A stretch of DNA of 64,000 bases, taken from positions 682,001-746,000 of the forward strand of contig JAQGDQ010000042.1 of the NCBI GenBank assembly GCA_030141605.1, given 5' to 3'. Origin of the DNA: Tubiluchus corallicola (Eukaryota > Animalia > Priapulida). Made by a program: the position numbers and the translations under genes. The notes beneath the pieces are model-generated. The model was given only the letters and a program-made list of their open reading frames with translations, was not told the DNA's origin and made no database searches. Positions 11,437 to 25,200 of the stretch are shown here, piece after piece. Position 1 is the first letter of the stretch. Each line of letters starts with the position of its first letter.

Positions 11437-14400
11437 ATGTCTGAACAACCTTGCTATACATTGATCAGTGCTCCAACTGACGGGGAAGCTCCTAATGAAA
11501 TACAATTGAAGCAGGATATTGGTAAGTAACTGATATGGCAAAAAACCTACTGCATCAATTAGAGAGTGAAATAGAGTAAGAGATATAAAACCAGTCAAAA
11601 GCTTAACGTTCTAGTTTCATATTGATGCAACCTTTGACATTTGTCTACCCAAAGTACCCAGAGATTTGTAATCTGAGAGCACTGTGCAATGTGTTAATAT
11701 GAGAGCACTGTGCAATTTGTTAATCTGAGAGCACTGTGCAATGTGTTAATATGAGAGCACTGTGCAATGTGTTAATATGAGAGTACTGTGCAATGTGTTA
11801 ATCTGAGAGCACTGTGCAATGTGTTAATCTGAGAGCACTGTGCAATGTGTTAATCTGAGAGCACTGTGCAATGTATTAATCTGAGAGCACTGCGCAAAGT
11901 GTTAATCAGAGAGCACTGTGCAATGTGTTAATCTGAGAGCACTGTGCAATGTGTTAATCTGAGAGCACTGTGCAATGTATTAATCTGAGAGCACTGCGCA
12001 AAGTGTTAATCAGAGAGCACTGTGCAATGTGTTAGTCTGAGAGCACTGTACAATATGTTAGTCTGAGAGCGTTGAACAATGTATTAGTCGGAGAGCACTG
12101 TACAGTGTGTTGGATATTTAAATTTAGTTAGTTTTGATTGTTAAATGATTAGTTCAGTTGGTAATTATATTAGACTTGTATGTTTAATATTGTTGGTTTA
12201 TTAAGATCTACAAAAATGATCAGTGTAATACAAACAAGGGTTAGGTTAAGTTAGGTTATTTTGGTTTGGACCCTGTCTTTCTTTTTCTGTTTAGCTTTGT
12301 TATCGTTTTTCATCGTGATCGTGAATCACTTTGTTTTAGACTGGTGGGTCTTTGCTCGTTGATGCAAACTGTCCTGAGTAACCAGGTTCTGTTTGTTAAA
12401 TTTTTAGTATCCCAATCTTAACAAGAGCCACTATTAGATATTGGTTTGACATCATAAGACAACTGATGAAAAGGTCATTAACCTTTTCTATTAGCGCTAA
12501 CTTGTAGTGGCTACTAGTTGAAGCATAATTATACAGATTTTGGTGACTGCAGAGATGTGTTGGATTTTTCAGAAAAAGGAGATGTCAAGACAAAAAGAGA
12601 AGCTCTGAAAAAGGTTATTTATATGATTCTTAATGGTGAGAAGGTACAGCCGTCGATGCTGATGCACATCATACGCTTTCTTTTACCTTCACAGGTAATT
12701 TCTATCCCTTTTTTAGTTTGGCTGATTGCGTATAATTAGGAAATCTTATGCAGGCAAAATATTGTATGGCTAATAGATTCCAGCAAATGTATTAAGTAAT
12801 ACCAAGTGCATGTAACTTTAGGAACATATTTATCCAACCATTTTAAAACTTAATGAAAAATTTGCCATTATTTAGTAATAAATAGGCTGACAATAAAAAT
12901 ACTTCTGTTTCCATATGATCGCCCAAGTGATTTTGTATTGCACATCTGGCCTTAGATTTTATTATTATTTTTTGTGCTTCCATATACTTACCTTATCAGT
13001 TATATGAAAGCATATTTTTTAATTTAAAATGTAAAATGCAATCATTATTATAAAATTGTTGTTTCATTCTGGGCACAACCATGTTTTTCTACTGCTAACT
13101 CTTGGGCCGGGCCAGTGTTGTCATTTTGCATGCTGCTGATTATTGTATTGGAGGCTAAAAATTCGTATTTTCTGCCAAATTATTATATTAATTTGATTTC
13201 AACTAAATTTGAACATTCGATAATTCAGCTTTAAAAATTCACAAGCTTCAAAAAATTTTCCTCTGGCCCTAGACATTTTTTGTGCTCATATGATAAGATA
13301 GAAACAAAATTTTTTGTGGTCAGGATTATTCAGTTGAAACCAACTGCAGTTTAGTACAAAATGATTTTGTAATTCAAGTATGCCCGAAACCAATAGTAAT
13401 TTAGAAATATGGCACATTTTGCACTGTTTTTAAGTGGTGAGTTTAGCTTTTTAAGTTGAACTAAATGTTTTGTTCGTGACATTCTTGTAAATTTGTCTTT
13501 CTGCAAGTACCACTGTAGGCAACTCAAATATACACAAGTGAATGTGTTTTGTATACATCTTACTATTGTTGTTGTTACTGACTCAGTAACTATTATTTGT
13601 TTAATGTGTATATTTGACTACTATTATTAATGTTAAGATCCAGACAGTTTTTGCGCTGTTATAGATTCAGCAGTGTCAACTTTAGTTTAAGACAGGTTTT
13701 CCTTCTTGTCTTGGTCCTTCTGACCTTCCTTTAAAAGTATATTAACTTTCAAAACATTAGTTTTGTTCTTATTAACAAAAATCGATTTTAGTATTTTAAT
13801 AATTTCCCCATTATTTTACATAAAGGCGATATCACTTGTCCCATTACTTTTACAGTTTAACTCAAAGCAAGGAATGGAAGCTGTCCAAAATTTTAATTGT
13901 AAATGAAAAATAAAGTGCTAAAGCATTTTGCCAAACATGTGCTTGAATTAAGCACTTGCTTATTTAAAAATGTAGTTACCAATACATGTAGTACTATTTC
14001 ACTGCAACTATAATCTTATTGATTTAACCTATCCACGTAAGAATTTGCTTTACAGTTCTGCCTTTCTAGGCAAGTATCAAAATTTTGCTTACTTGAGTCA
14101 TAGTCCATTTTTGTTTATAAATAGTATGATACTTGCCAACCTACACTATCAGGTCCGGATTCTTTTCTTATGGTTTCAGTTAGAGTTCAGTTTCAAGTGG
14201 AAGATAATCTGTTTATGTTCAGCTCTATGATTTGTGTTTCTGCACAGCTTAGTTAGTTCCCACAGCACAGATAAATTGTATGATTTTTTTGTGATGGATA
14301 TTTTAAATTAAGTGTTATATTTAATGTGTGAAAACAACAGCTTGCATCACTTCACTCATCATTCTCATATTATTTGACAGGACCATCAGATCAAAAAACT

Positions 14401-16113
14401 TTTACTAATTTTTTGGGAAATTGTTCCAAAAACGACACCTGATGGAAAACTCATGCAGGAATTCATCCTGGTTTGTGATGCTTATCGGAAGGTTTGTATA
14501 GTACCTATAATGTGTTCCCTGAGTTTAGTGCTGAGTTTACATTTCTTAAATAGCACGTTGCATATGCAATTCAAATTTCTGTAGTATAGATTATCATTAC
14601 TTAATTTCTAAGTCACATAGATAAATTTAGGATCATCATTTGGAATAAATAGGCCTACCTGCAAACAAAATTTGTTGTATTTTTTATCTATCTCTTGCAG
14701 GCAAATTTACAGGTACATGCATGAACAAAATGCTACTATATCAAGATTTTTTTGAAATATCGGCATCATATCGGATCAGAAAAACCAGTATCGAACAACA
14801 GTAGAAGTAGCCTCCGGACGTGTGTTATGTGCTTTGTACTAGACGAACGATACTCTATAGTGTGTAAAAAAGAATTATGATACAATTAACTGTATAAAAA
14901 CAATGTATTTTTTAGGATTTGCAGCACCCCAATGAATTCATTCGAGGTTCTACTCTTCGCTTTCTCTGTAAGTTGAAGGAGTCGGAATTACTTGAACCAC
15001 TGATGCCCGCCATTCGTGGTTGCTTAGAACATCGCCATTCTTATGTGCGTAGGAATGCTGTGATGGCAATATACACAATCTACAGGTAAACTTGTGTTTT
15101 TATTTTACAAGGCTGCTCTGAATGAATACAAAAGGAAAATTGTCATTAAGTAATTAACAATAAAAAGATGAAATGAACACTATTTGGGCTGGACTTTAAG
15201 TCTGTTTACAAATAGAATCTCTAGTAGAAAAACAGAACAGAAAAAATCTAATAGAATGGCAGCAAGAATACAAACAAATTCATCAATACAACAAGCAGTC
15301 AATAATTCTAATAACAAATTAGAAAACAGAACAAGAAGCATCTAATACAGTAGTGAGAAAAATAGAAGGAAACTGACGAAATCATTCATCATAAAATAAC
15401 CAACAATCCGTATAACAATCTAAAAACAGATGCAAAGGGCAAACAAATCTTGTTAGATTATTTGTTGTTCAGTGTTCTGTACTTTCGTTGCTTCTTGTTG
15501 TGGTTGAAGGTACAAAGAAGAAAACGGCAATATCATGAAAACATGATATTTCAAATATAAATTATGATACTTTTTACAGTCTTAGTGCTTCTGTTATTCA
15601 AGATTTTTGTAGCTAGTTACATGTATCAGCAAATTAAAGATGTTATCAGATTTTATATTTATATACACCTTTGTTGATGTTTGTTCAGGCCTAAAATCTT
15701 TTTTTAATTACAGGTACATAGGTTGTTGACATGCATTTTTTATTTTAATTATTACTTTAGCATTACATTGTTATGTGAATCTACTAATAGGCATTCTATC
15801 CAGTTGTTTTTAGTTTATATCACTGAACTATTTTTTACGTGCTGTTTTGAAAATGCTAAAAGAAAACGTGTTATATTTTTTGCAGGAATTTTGACTTTCT
15901 TATTCCGGATGCACCCGAACTTATAGCCAACTTCCTGGAGGGTGAACAGGATGCGTCCTGCAAACGTAATGCATTCATGATGCTGATCCATGCAGATCAA
16001 GACCGTGCGTTGAGTTACTTGAGTAGTTGCATTGATCAGGTTCACACATTCGGCGATATCTTACAGCTTGTGATTGTGGAATTAATTTACAAGGTATGGC
16101 ACATAAGTATTTT

Positions 16114-16177
<64 letters not shown>

Positions 16178-16205
16178 CAGTAGCAGTAGCAGTAGCAGTA
16201 GCAGT

Positions 16206-16246
<41 letters not shown>

Positions 16247-19200
16247 TAATAATAATAAAAAATTATTATTAGTAGTCAGGTGAAATGAGAATTAAATGAA
16301 ATTAGCTAGAATTGCTTCTGTTTATAAGTCTGTAATAGAATAATAATATGTAATATAAAAATGAGGATAAGACAAATCTCGTACAAATGGTTACTACAGT
16401 GTGATTGAAATTCTAAACAGTCTTTAATATTAGTTTAAAACAGTCCTTTGATTCGCTGTCACATAGATGACAGTTGTAACAGTAAGGAATAAGTGAAGTC
16501 TCTATTAAGTGAATCCTTTATTAAGTGCAATATTCAAATGCCTTGCATTTTCAACCTACTGCTACAAAGTTCTTTGTTCAAGAGAATAACTCACAATTCA
16601 TTTTCGCATTGTTCTTGTTTTGCAGGTTTGCCTTGCTAACCCAAATGAACGTGCTCGATTCATACGTTGTATTTATAACCTGCTTCAGTCAAGCAGTCCT
16701 GCCGTGCGGTATGAAGCTGCAGGGACTCTTGTTACACTCTCTAATGCACCGACTGCTGTTAAGGTGACTCATTATTTATGCTTTTGTATACGGTACAGAT
16801 TGGTGTACAGTCAATTGCAGTTTTAAGTATTTTGTTGTCTTATAGAATTTTGGATTCTTATAATTTTAGTGACATTTTTAGGTTGAAGTTATTTTTCTAC
16901 TCATTGTTCTAATCAGTTTGCATTAATCTTATTTTTAGCACTAACGTTTTTTTGTTTGGATCTTTGTAGGAATTTCCTTAATTAATGTTGGCGCCTCAAA
17001 CTGAAAAGTATGTTAACAGTGTTTTTTATCTTTAGGCTGCTGCGTCGTGTTACATTGATCTCATCGTAAAAGAGAGTGACAACAACGTAAAGTTGATTGT
17101 TCTTGATCGATTGATTGCATTAAGAGTAAGTACTCATTAAGCAGGAAACTTACTTGTTTCTTTAGCAGTTTATTGAACTTTATATTTATGTTCGTAACAA
17201 TTATTTTTAAAGGTTTTGACAGACACAAAGCTTTTTAATTGATACTAATAGTGCTTTTAATAATTTTTTTATTTGCAAGTTCACGGTACTTAAATACGAA
17301 GGCCACTATCTATAGACTTACTTTACCAAAAACACATTTTATATGGTTTTCAGATATTCTTAAATTTTAAATTAGATTTCGATGCTGAAAGTAAAAAACA
17401 TTATTTAATGGCCGTCAGTGATTTTTAAATGTGATTAATTATACAAAAATGTTTTGTAAATTGCATGAGTGACACCATTTGCATTATGCTTCAGGAGAAT
17501 CCGTCACATGAGAAGGTGCTCCAGGAGCTCGTAATGGACATACTCCGTGTCTTATCCTCACCTGATTTGGAAGTCAGACGCAAAACATTGTCACTTGCAC
17601 TGGACCTTGTCACATCACGTAACATGGAAGAAGTGAGTATTTAATTTATGCAACAGTGATATTTTTACTTAATGATTTTATTATGAAATAGCTTACGTAC
17701 GATGCGTAAAAGAAGTATTTAATTCTTATGCTGATATTTTTGCCCATAGATGGTGCTAGTGTTGAAAAAGGAAGTACAGAAGACGCACAATGTGGAGCAT
17801 GAAGACACTGGAAAATATCGTCAGCTTCTTGTCCGCACCCTTCATCAGTGCTGTATCAAGTATCCTGATATCACCTCTACTATCATTCCTTTGGTATTAA
17901 TTAGTAATTGGTACTAAAATGTCTACTATAAAGTCACTTGTGAAGTTTGGTTTTCTTAATTTTGCATATTCTTCTGTTGTATGATTATTAATTATTGGTG
18001 AAATGCCTGTATTTATTGTAATCAGAAAATGGTGTTGTTTCATATTTTTTCTAATTTCTTTATCATGGCATTTCTTAATATTTGCTTTAACTATTGCTCA
18101 TTGGATTTTCTTTATTGCAGATATGAGTAACCTTTTAATTTTTCAGCTTATGGAGTTTCTTAGTGACACTAATGAACTCGCTGCATCGGATGTTCTTGTG
18201 TTTGTTCGTGAAGCTATACATCGCTTTGAATCATTGCACATGCTCATTATTGTGAAGCTTCTAGAAGTTTTTCCTTCAATTAAAGCTCTGAAGGTAATGT
18301 AATTTTAGTGACAGTGATCTTGCTTTACTTATGTCAATTTGGGAGGGTATCTGGACCAATCTTGTAAACGGTCTGTAAGTTTTGTTTTTGAGAATGTTGG
18401 CATCTCACTCGATTGGGTTATACTTTGTTTTGGTATGTAATAGTGAGTCGAGCATTGTTTTGTTCTTTTCTAATCGAAGTATAACATCTGCAATAAATGT
18501 TACAGGTATACAGAGCCGCTCTGTGGATTTTAGGAGAATACTGTAGTTCAATAGATCAAATACAGGATCTTATGCATCACATCCGACAGTCTCTCGGTGA
18601 AATTCCAATTGTTGATGATGAGATGAAAAAAGCAGTAGGTCAGTTGCACTGTTCCTTTGCATTTTGTAAAACAAGAATTCCTGCTCCATTACACTGGTAC
18701 TGTCCAAGGAAAGGCTTCCCGCATTAAAGTTCTTATTAGTACTATACCCTGTGTCATGTCATCCTATGTGATATATCGGTTGCATTGTATGCCTCTCAAT
18801 GAACTGAAACTGTATTTCACTAAATAGGTTTGCTGATTTCGGGCTTGAACTATAAAATTGTGCAACAGTTTTTTTGGAGCAAGACACCTAAGACTTTGAC
18901 TGAACACTCACTTTTTCTTTATAAAGAATTTGCTCCATTCTTCATTTCCCCTTTCAGCATTGAAAAGTATCTTTGGATAACGATCAAATTGTTTTCAATT
19001 TTTGTTCTTTTTTGACATTTTAATTTTTAGCCTTATTTTTTCATTCTCTGTTTATGCTTCTCATCAATGTAGCTAGCACTTGTTAGTTAGTGCGTTGGCA
19101 CTAGAAAAGTAAGAAGAGTTTCTAACTTATATGAATGCGTGATAAAGTTAAAGGAAAAGCCAATCCTCAAACAACATTTATTGCATTTCAATGCATAATT

Positions 19201-22200
19201 AACAATATTGAGATCGCCACACAGTATATGCGCATAAAATGCCTTCCTTAAAAATGTAAAAGATTTAAATATTTGTTAAGAAAAGAAGTAAGCTGGCGCC
19301 TGGTGTGCAGCTTGAAAGCCATGAAGGTACGCGTTGTAAAATTTCTACAGTTCACTCAGAAGTTCTGTTATTCTAGGGTGCTATTTAACTGTGTTTACGT
19401 AAAAATTAGTAATTGAATAAAATTAGTAAAATTATGAGCAAATTTAAAGTGATTACATAGCTCTAATGCACAGGATTATGCCTTAAAATCTGTAAGTAGT
19501 GTACATTAATTGTGTAAATAAATAATTTACAGAATTTTGTTGACTCATATACACACACAAACTTGTGAGTGTGTAGTAGTGAGTGCATTGCAGATTACTT
19601 AGTTTATAGAATTGGCTCTATAAGTAAAAAAATAGCTCAAGCACCTGGCGGGATAAGTGTTTACATTGCACAGTAACCGGATGATGCTATTGTTTGTTCA
19701 AAATGAGCGCGCACAAGTGTGAAGTGATCACAACTTTAATTTGATTTTACTAATTACACTGAGGTGTTTGTCACAGTTTTAGTGCTGAAATAAGCTTAAC
19801 TTCATTTTGCTTTAATATTATGCAGGTAAGGATGAAGATCACGATGAGGCCATGCAGCAGAATGTTCCTAGGCTTGTAACCGCAGACGGTTCTTATGCAT
19901 CACAGAGTGCATATAGTAGTGGAGGCTCTGGAGGAAAGAAAGGCAGCGAAGAAAAACGGTATTTTCTACTCGCTGTTTTATGATCTTTTGGTCTTTTTTG
20001 CACTTATAGATTATTGTTTATTTAATCAAATAGCCAGTAATACAGAGGCTGTATATTTTGTACAAAATTACATTTTATGCATTGTGTGTATAAGATCTTA
20101 CACATTATACAATATATAAATAGCATGGGAATAATTTTAAATTAAGTATAGGATTACGTCTAATTGTGATGAGTAAATAATAAGCCTTGTTCCAGCGATT
20201 GATGATGATCGTGAAGAGGTCAAAGTGTTAAGTGATTTGTGTGCACTTGACAATGCCTCGCAGCCCATGCTAATGTAACAGTAATAGTTTTAACAGCTAG
20301 CTAGAACCTTACCTATTTCTTCTTTTTTGTTCGCAAACAAGATCCTGCTAGTAAATCATTCTGTGCGCAGACTAGTGCATAAGTAAGTAAAGTCCACGTA
20401 AAACAACCAAAGTTACTGAACTGAAGTGGCAGATGGCTTTGCTGTACTCACGTCACATGATGGTTGCAGTTAAAGATGTGACCTACAGCAACTGCTCCTG
20501 CACACTGTGAAAAGGCTTATTGTTGGTTCATATCTGAAGGTAAACTTGTAAGATCTGAGCTGAGCAGGCAGTATGGAATAACGGGAGTGCAGTAAGTGCA
20601 AAATAAAAGGAAAGAAAGCCTGAAAGGTAATGAGTGTGAAGATGTGGTGAGAAAGATGATGAAACAATGGAGAATGACAAGATATAAGGATTAGAACAAG
20701 CCATAGCAACCAACGGGACAATGTACAAAAGAGACGGCAACCGTGCACACACAAAGGCGCCAAAATGAATTTACTTCTTCTTCTGCAACTTCTTTTTCTT
20801 CATTCTCCTTTTTCTTCTATAACAAGAAAAATTATTAAGATTTATGAAGATGACTTTCATATTTTCTGATTGTGTCATTATTTTCTAGGCCGCCATTACG
20901 TGGATTTCTTATGGATGGAGAGTTTTTTATGGGGGCAGCACTAGCCACAACGCTAACAAAGCTAGCATTGCGCTATGTTGAACTAACTCCAGATCTCAAG
21001 AAGCAAAATGTAAGTTATTTTACTGATTGCTCATAACTTAATTAAATATTCAAAGTAAAAATCTTTTGTACAATTTACTGAGATTGAATTTATGATAACA
21101 TAAAAAATTGTAGCAATAATTCCTACATATTCTGTTTCATGCTTTCGTACAAGCTTGTTTTTGGCTTTATGTTCATTTTTAATTAATAAAATGCTCTTTA
21201 TTTATTTATTTTTTTTGTATTATTTCGCCTTCATGACTCAATAAAGTCGAAGTCATTTTTTAGCGTCTCCTTTCTTTCACCAATTCATTATCCACAATAG
21301 GTAATAATGGTTAAAAAGAAACGGCAAATGGCTTATAAATGCTCTGGCAATCACAGTCACAATCTAACTAATTAATAATATCATTAGTTCTCAGTTGATT
21401 TGAGAAAAACGTTGATGTCATAAGTATCCCTGTACTGTCATGGGTGTAGGTGGTGCTGTTGGATTGTGTGCTACAAGGATGAAATCTGGAGCCTGCTCTG
21501 TCATGTTGAGCTAGTATCTCAGCTGGCATAGAATGTCAGTACTAATCCAGGTCTCTGGTTCAAATCCTGACTAGGCCAGAATTTTGCAGGTCTCGTTTTT
21601 CTAACTCATTACCCACAATAAGTAATAATTGCTAAAAATAAACCACAGTGGTTTATAAACACTCTGGTATCACAGTCATATTCACAGTCATAATAATAAA
21701 GTCAATTAATTTGTGTTGTTTCAAAAATTGTTACAGTGCAAAAGATTTCACTGTTTTCTCTAACATTTTGTACTGTTCATTTATTTGCTCTGATTACCAT
21801 GATACCATTTACAAAAAAGATTAGAAATGGCATTAGTAATTTTAGAATACCAGGAACCACGCGATGCTTTTGTATTTTTAGAAATTATCATCATTGTGAA
21901 TGTGTTTGTCTAGTAAAGAGACATTTAGAATTTATTAAAACTGTTTTTACAGTTGTTTATTGGAGAGTGTATGCTCATTATGGCAACCATAATCCACTTG
22001 GGAAAATCTTCACTTTCCAAAAAGGTATGTATTAATAATATATGCATTGTGAATGTACATATATATATATGTAATGTACTATATGCAAAAAAGCTTACCT
22101 TTTAGAACTGTTGTTTCAGTATGTTGTGTGTAATTAATTTAAAGAAAGTGTATGAGATTCTGTCGTGCTAAAGCCTTTATCAAACCATATTAATTGTCAG

Positions 22201-25200
22201 CTGAAAATAGATTTTTTGTTAACTGTGACCGTTCAGTACTTTGCGTGTTTATTATGTTTTATATTGTGTTCAATTTGTGATTTAAAGAATTTTTGAACAT
22301 TGTGCAATTCTTCAAGGAAAGATTTTTTAGAACATATAAGGAATAATATACTTGGATGTTGAGATCTGTCGCATGTGATGAATTAGGTATTGCAGCACAT
22401 GTAGTTCTAGGAAAGAATTCAGCCATTAAGCCTTTTCTCAGTTTCGTTGTGCGTATGCACAGCTGCTGTAGGTCAAAGGTTAAATGAACCACAACAACAC
22501 ATCTTAACTACTGCCGTCATATGACATGTGGGTAAAGCAAAGTCGTGTCTACAGCAGTTCAGTAACTTCAGTTGTTTTACGTGAACTTTACTTAATTATG
22601 CATTAGTCTGTGTAATGGAGAGTGATTTACTAGCAGGATCTTGCTTGGAAACTAGAAAAAATGAACTAGGTAAGGTTCTAGCTAGCTGTTAAAACTGGTA
22701 CTACGACAATTTTTATAAAAAAACAAACACGTAATATATTGGACTTTTAATTCTAGTATCAAATTTCCAAGAAAATGTTCAAAAAATACTAAAAATCTAA
22801 TTTTATAACCCTGTACCTGCTTCTCTGTTCTCTGGCTAAAAATTAGTACTGCAATTGTAAAAAAACTTGTATTTTCAAATTCCAATAGTAGCTCATAGAA
22901 GCAATCACTTTGCTTTGGGTTTTTTGTGTTGCCAAATCCAGATCTTTGTCTGGAAGAGTCCTGTACAGGATTTAAGTATAACTTCAACGTGTTTTTGCAA
23001 AGTTCGTGGCAACCAATATTTGTGCGATTGCTAAGTGTTTTGTCGAAATGCGACAAAAAAACAATGAGTAACTTTAACAGCGATTTTCTCAAAATTATGT
23101 TTCTATGTGTACCATGCACCTCGACTTCAATGTGGATTATCTCAGCTTAGAAATTGCGATGAGCTTGGTATCAAAATGATCCTCATGAAATGGTGATTCA
23201 GGATATGTGAATATCCAGAAAAGCTTAATTGCCGACTTACAGACGAGTTTGCCCTGCAAGCACACATATTATGAATTAGAAAAATGCACCTACTGGATAG
23301 CACAAAATATGCTTAATATGGAAAAATATTTTAGTCCCTTAAAAGTCGTATTACTGGGATTCAACTGTAATGTTATTAGCATTTCATATCAAGCTGTAAT
23401 GCTTGATTGTATGATGTTATTACAGGCAATTACTGATGATGATGTTGACCGTATTGCACTTTGTCTGAAAGTCCTGGCAGAGCGAACACCTGAGCTCAGT
23501 GCCCTATTCAGTGAAGCAAGCAGACAGGCTTTGGGTGTCATGTTAGCTTCCAAGACAGATGAGGAGAAAGAAAGTCAGAAAGTAAACAAAAATAGTTTAA
23601 ATTTGTAGGAAAACTATGTTAATGCTTTCCGTAATTGTTTTCCATGCAACTTGCACATTAAACACTGTAGTTTGCAATTTTGATGACTGTAGTTTGTAAT
23701 TTTATAAATCACATTGTTGCCATTTGAGACACAGCGGGCAATCCTTCCTTCCTTCCAGGTTAAAGATCGGAAGAAAACATTAAACATTCATGCTGATGAT
23801 CCAATTTCATTCATGCAACTAGCAGCAAATACTGATTTTGGCACATTGGAGGTACTAATTTTAACTATTTTTGTTAGTTACAATTTGGTTTTATTTTTAC
23901 TGTTTGGTAGAATTCTTAATAATGAAACTTGTTTTGTCTTCAACTTGCAATTTTTGTGTTGTAGGTTTAGCGAAGTATTTCTTCTTACTTTTGCATATGT
24001 CATCTGTTTCACATAATGGATAGGAGCTGATTAAACAAGGGTTTTTCTTCAGTGTTTATGTATATTCCTTTTTGCCACTTTAAATTTAAGTTTATAAGTT
24101 ATTGATGATGTATTATTGATTGATTGATTTAATTGATTATTGATTGATTACCAAGTTATTGGCTGATTTAGTAAGTTATTTGTGATCATTAAGTTACTGC
24201 TTATGGTAAGTTTTGACTGTTGCAGAACCAGTTTGAACTGAGTTTGTCCATGGCTGTGGGTACAACTGGTGTGAAGAAAGAACAATCAGACTTTTCATCT
24301 TCTAAACTGAGTAAGGTACGTAGACTTACAAAAACTTTATTAGCTGTTGCAAATATTAGTTTATGAGTCCATAGTTTTTCTCTAACATGCTCGTAGTAAT
24401 AAGCAGTAATATGCTACTGTAAAACACTGTGTTATATTGCTTTTCTATTTTGTTACTGTATCACACATTGTTCCTGGACATACTATACTGTGTGGTATAC
24501 CAAAAAAGGAAAATTTTTACTATATTAGTGTGTGAATTACATTTTATCTAATGAAATTTAATACTGAAATAGGTCAACTAATTGCTTGTCAATTATGGAA
24601 AAGGAATATTTTTTCACCTTTTGCCACGCTTATGCAAATTGACATTTTTTAATGAAGGTTACACAGTTGACCGGATTTAGTGATCCCGTGTATGCTGAAG
24701 CTTATGTTCACGTTAACCAGTATGACATAGTCCTTGATGTGCTTGTTGTAAACCAGACGGGAGACACCCTGCAAAATGTCACTCTAGAATTAGCTACCTT
24801 GGGTATGTTTTCTTCTGTTTATTAACTGCTGGGGAAGCAATGAAATAAAAAAAAGAATGTAACTTCCAATATTTTTCAATGCATGATTGCAACCAGCCTT
24901 TCTAATAGATTTGTTTGTACAGGAGACCTGAAGCTGGTAGAGAAACCAACACCCATGACTATGGCACCGCATGATTTCTCCAATATAAAGGCTACAGTTA
25001 AAGTTGCATCCACGGAAAATGGCATCATTTTTGGAAATATTGGTATGTTTGTTAAATATCTACACACAGTAATGTCACTTTTAGCATATCAGTAAACTGT
25101 GCACTAATTGCACTTTTACAGTACTTATCTATCAGTTTGTTTCCAAAAGATATCTAACTTTTTCTTGCAGCTTAACTACCTTAGGTATAATACTCCTTTT

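Noticed and set aside
11146-11598. 150-aa minus-strand ORF divergent from or overlapping COPB1
   Set aside because: It overlaps COPB1 coding exon 1 antisense, has a non-ATG start and shows no recognisable domain.
11670-12111. CRISPR-like array
   Set aside because: The units are contiguous with no unique spacers, there are no cas genes, and the array lies in a eukaryotic intron. It is a minisatellite.
21508-21578. Functional tRNA gene
   Set aside because: The anticodon arm and acceptor stem do not pair properly, and the sequence runs into a repeated body. A SINE head fits better.
22682-23150. Overlapping 145-aa and 74-aa ORFs in a COPB1 intron
   Set aside because: No protein motifs are evident, and the region looks like non-coding transposon-derived sequence.
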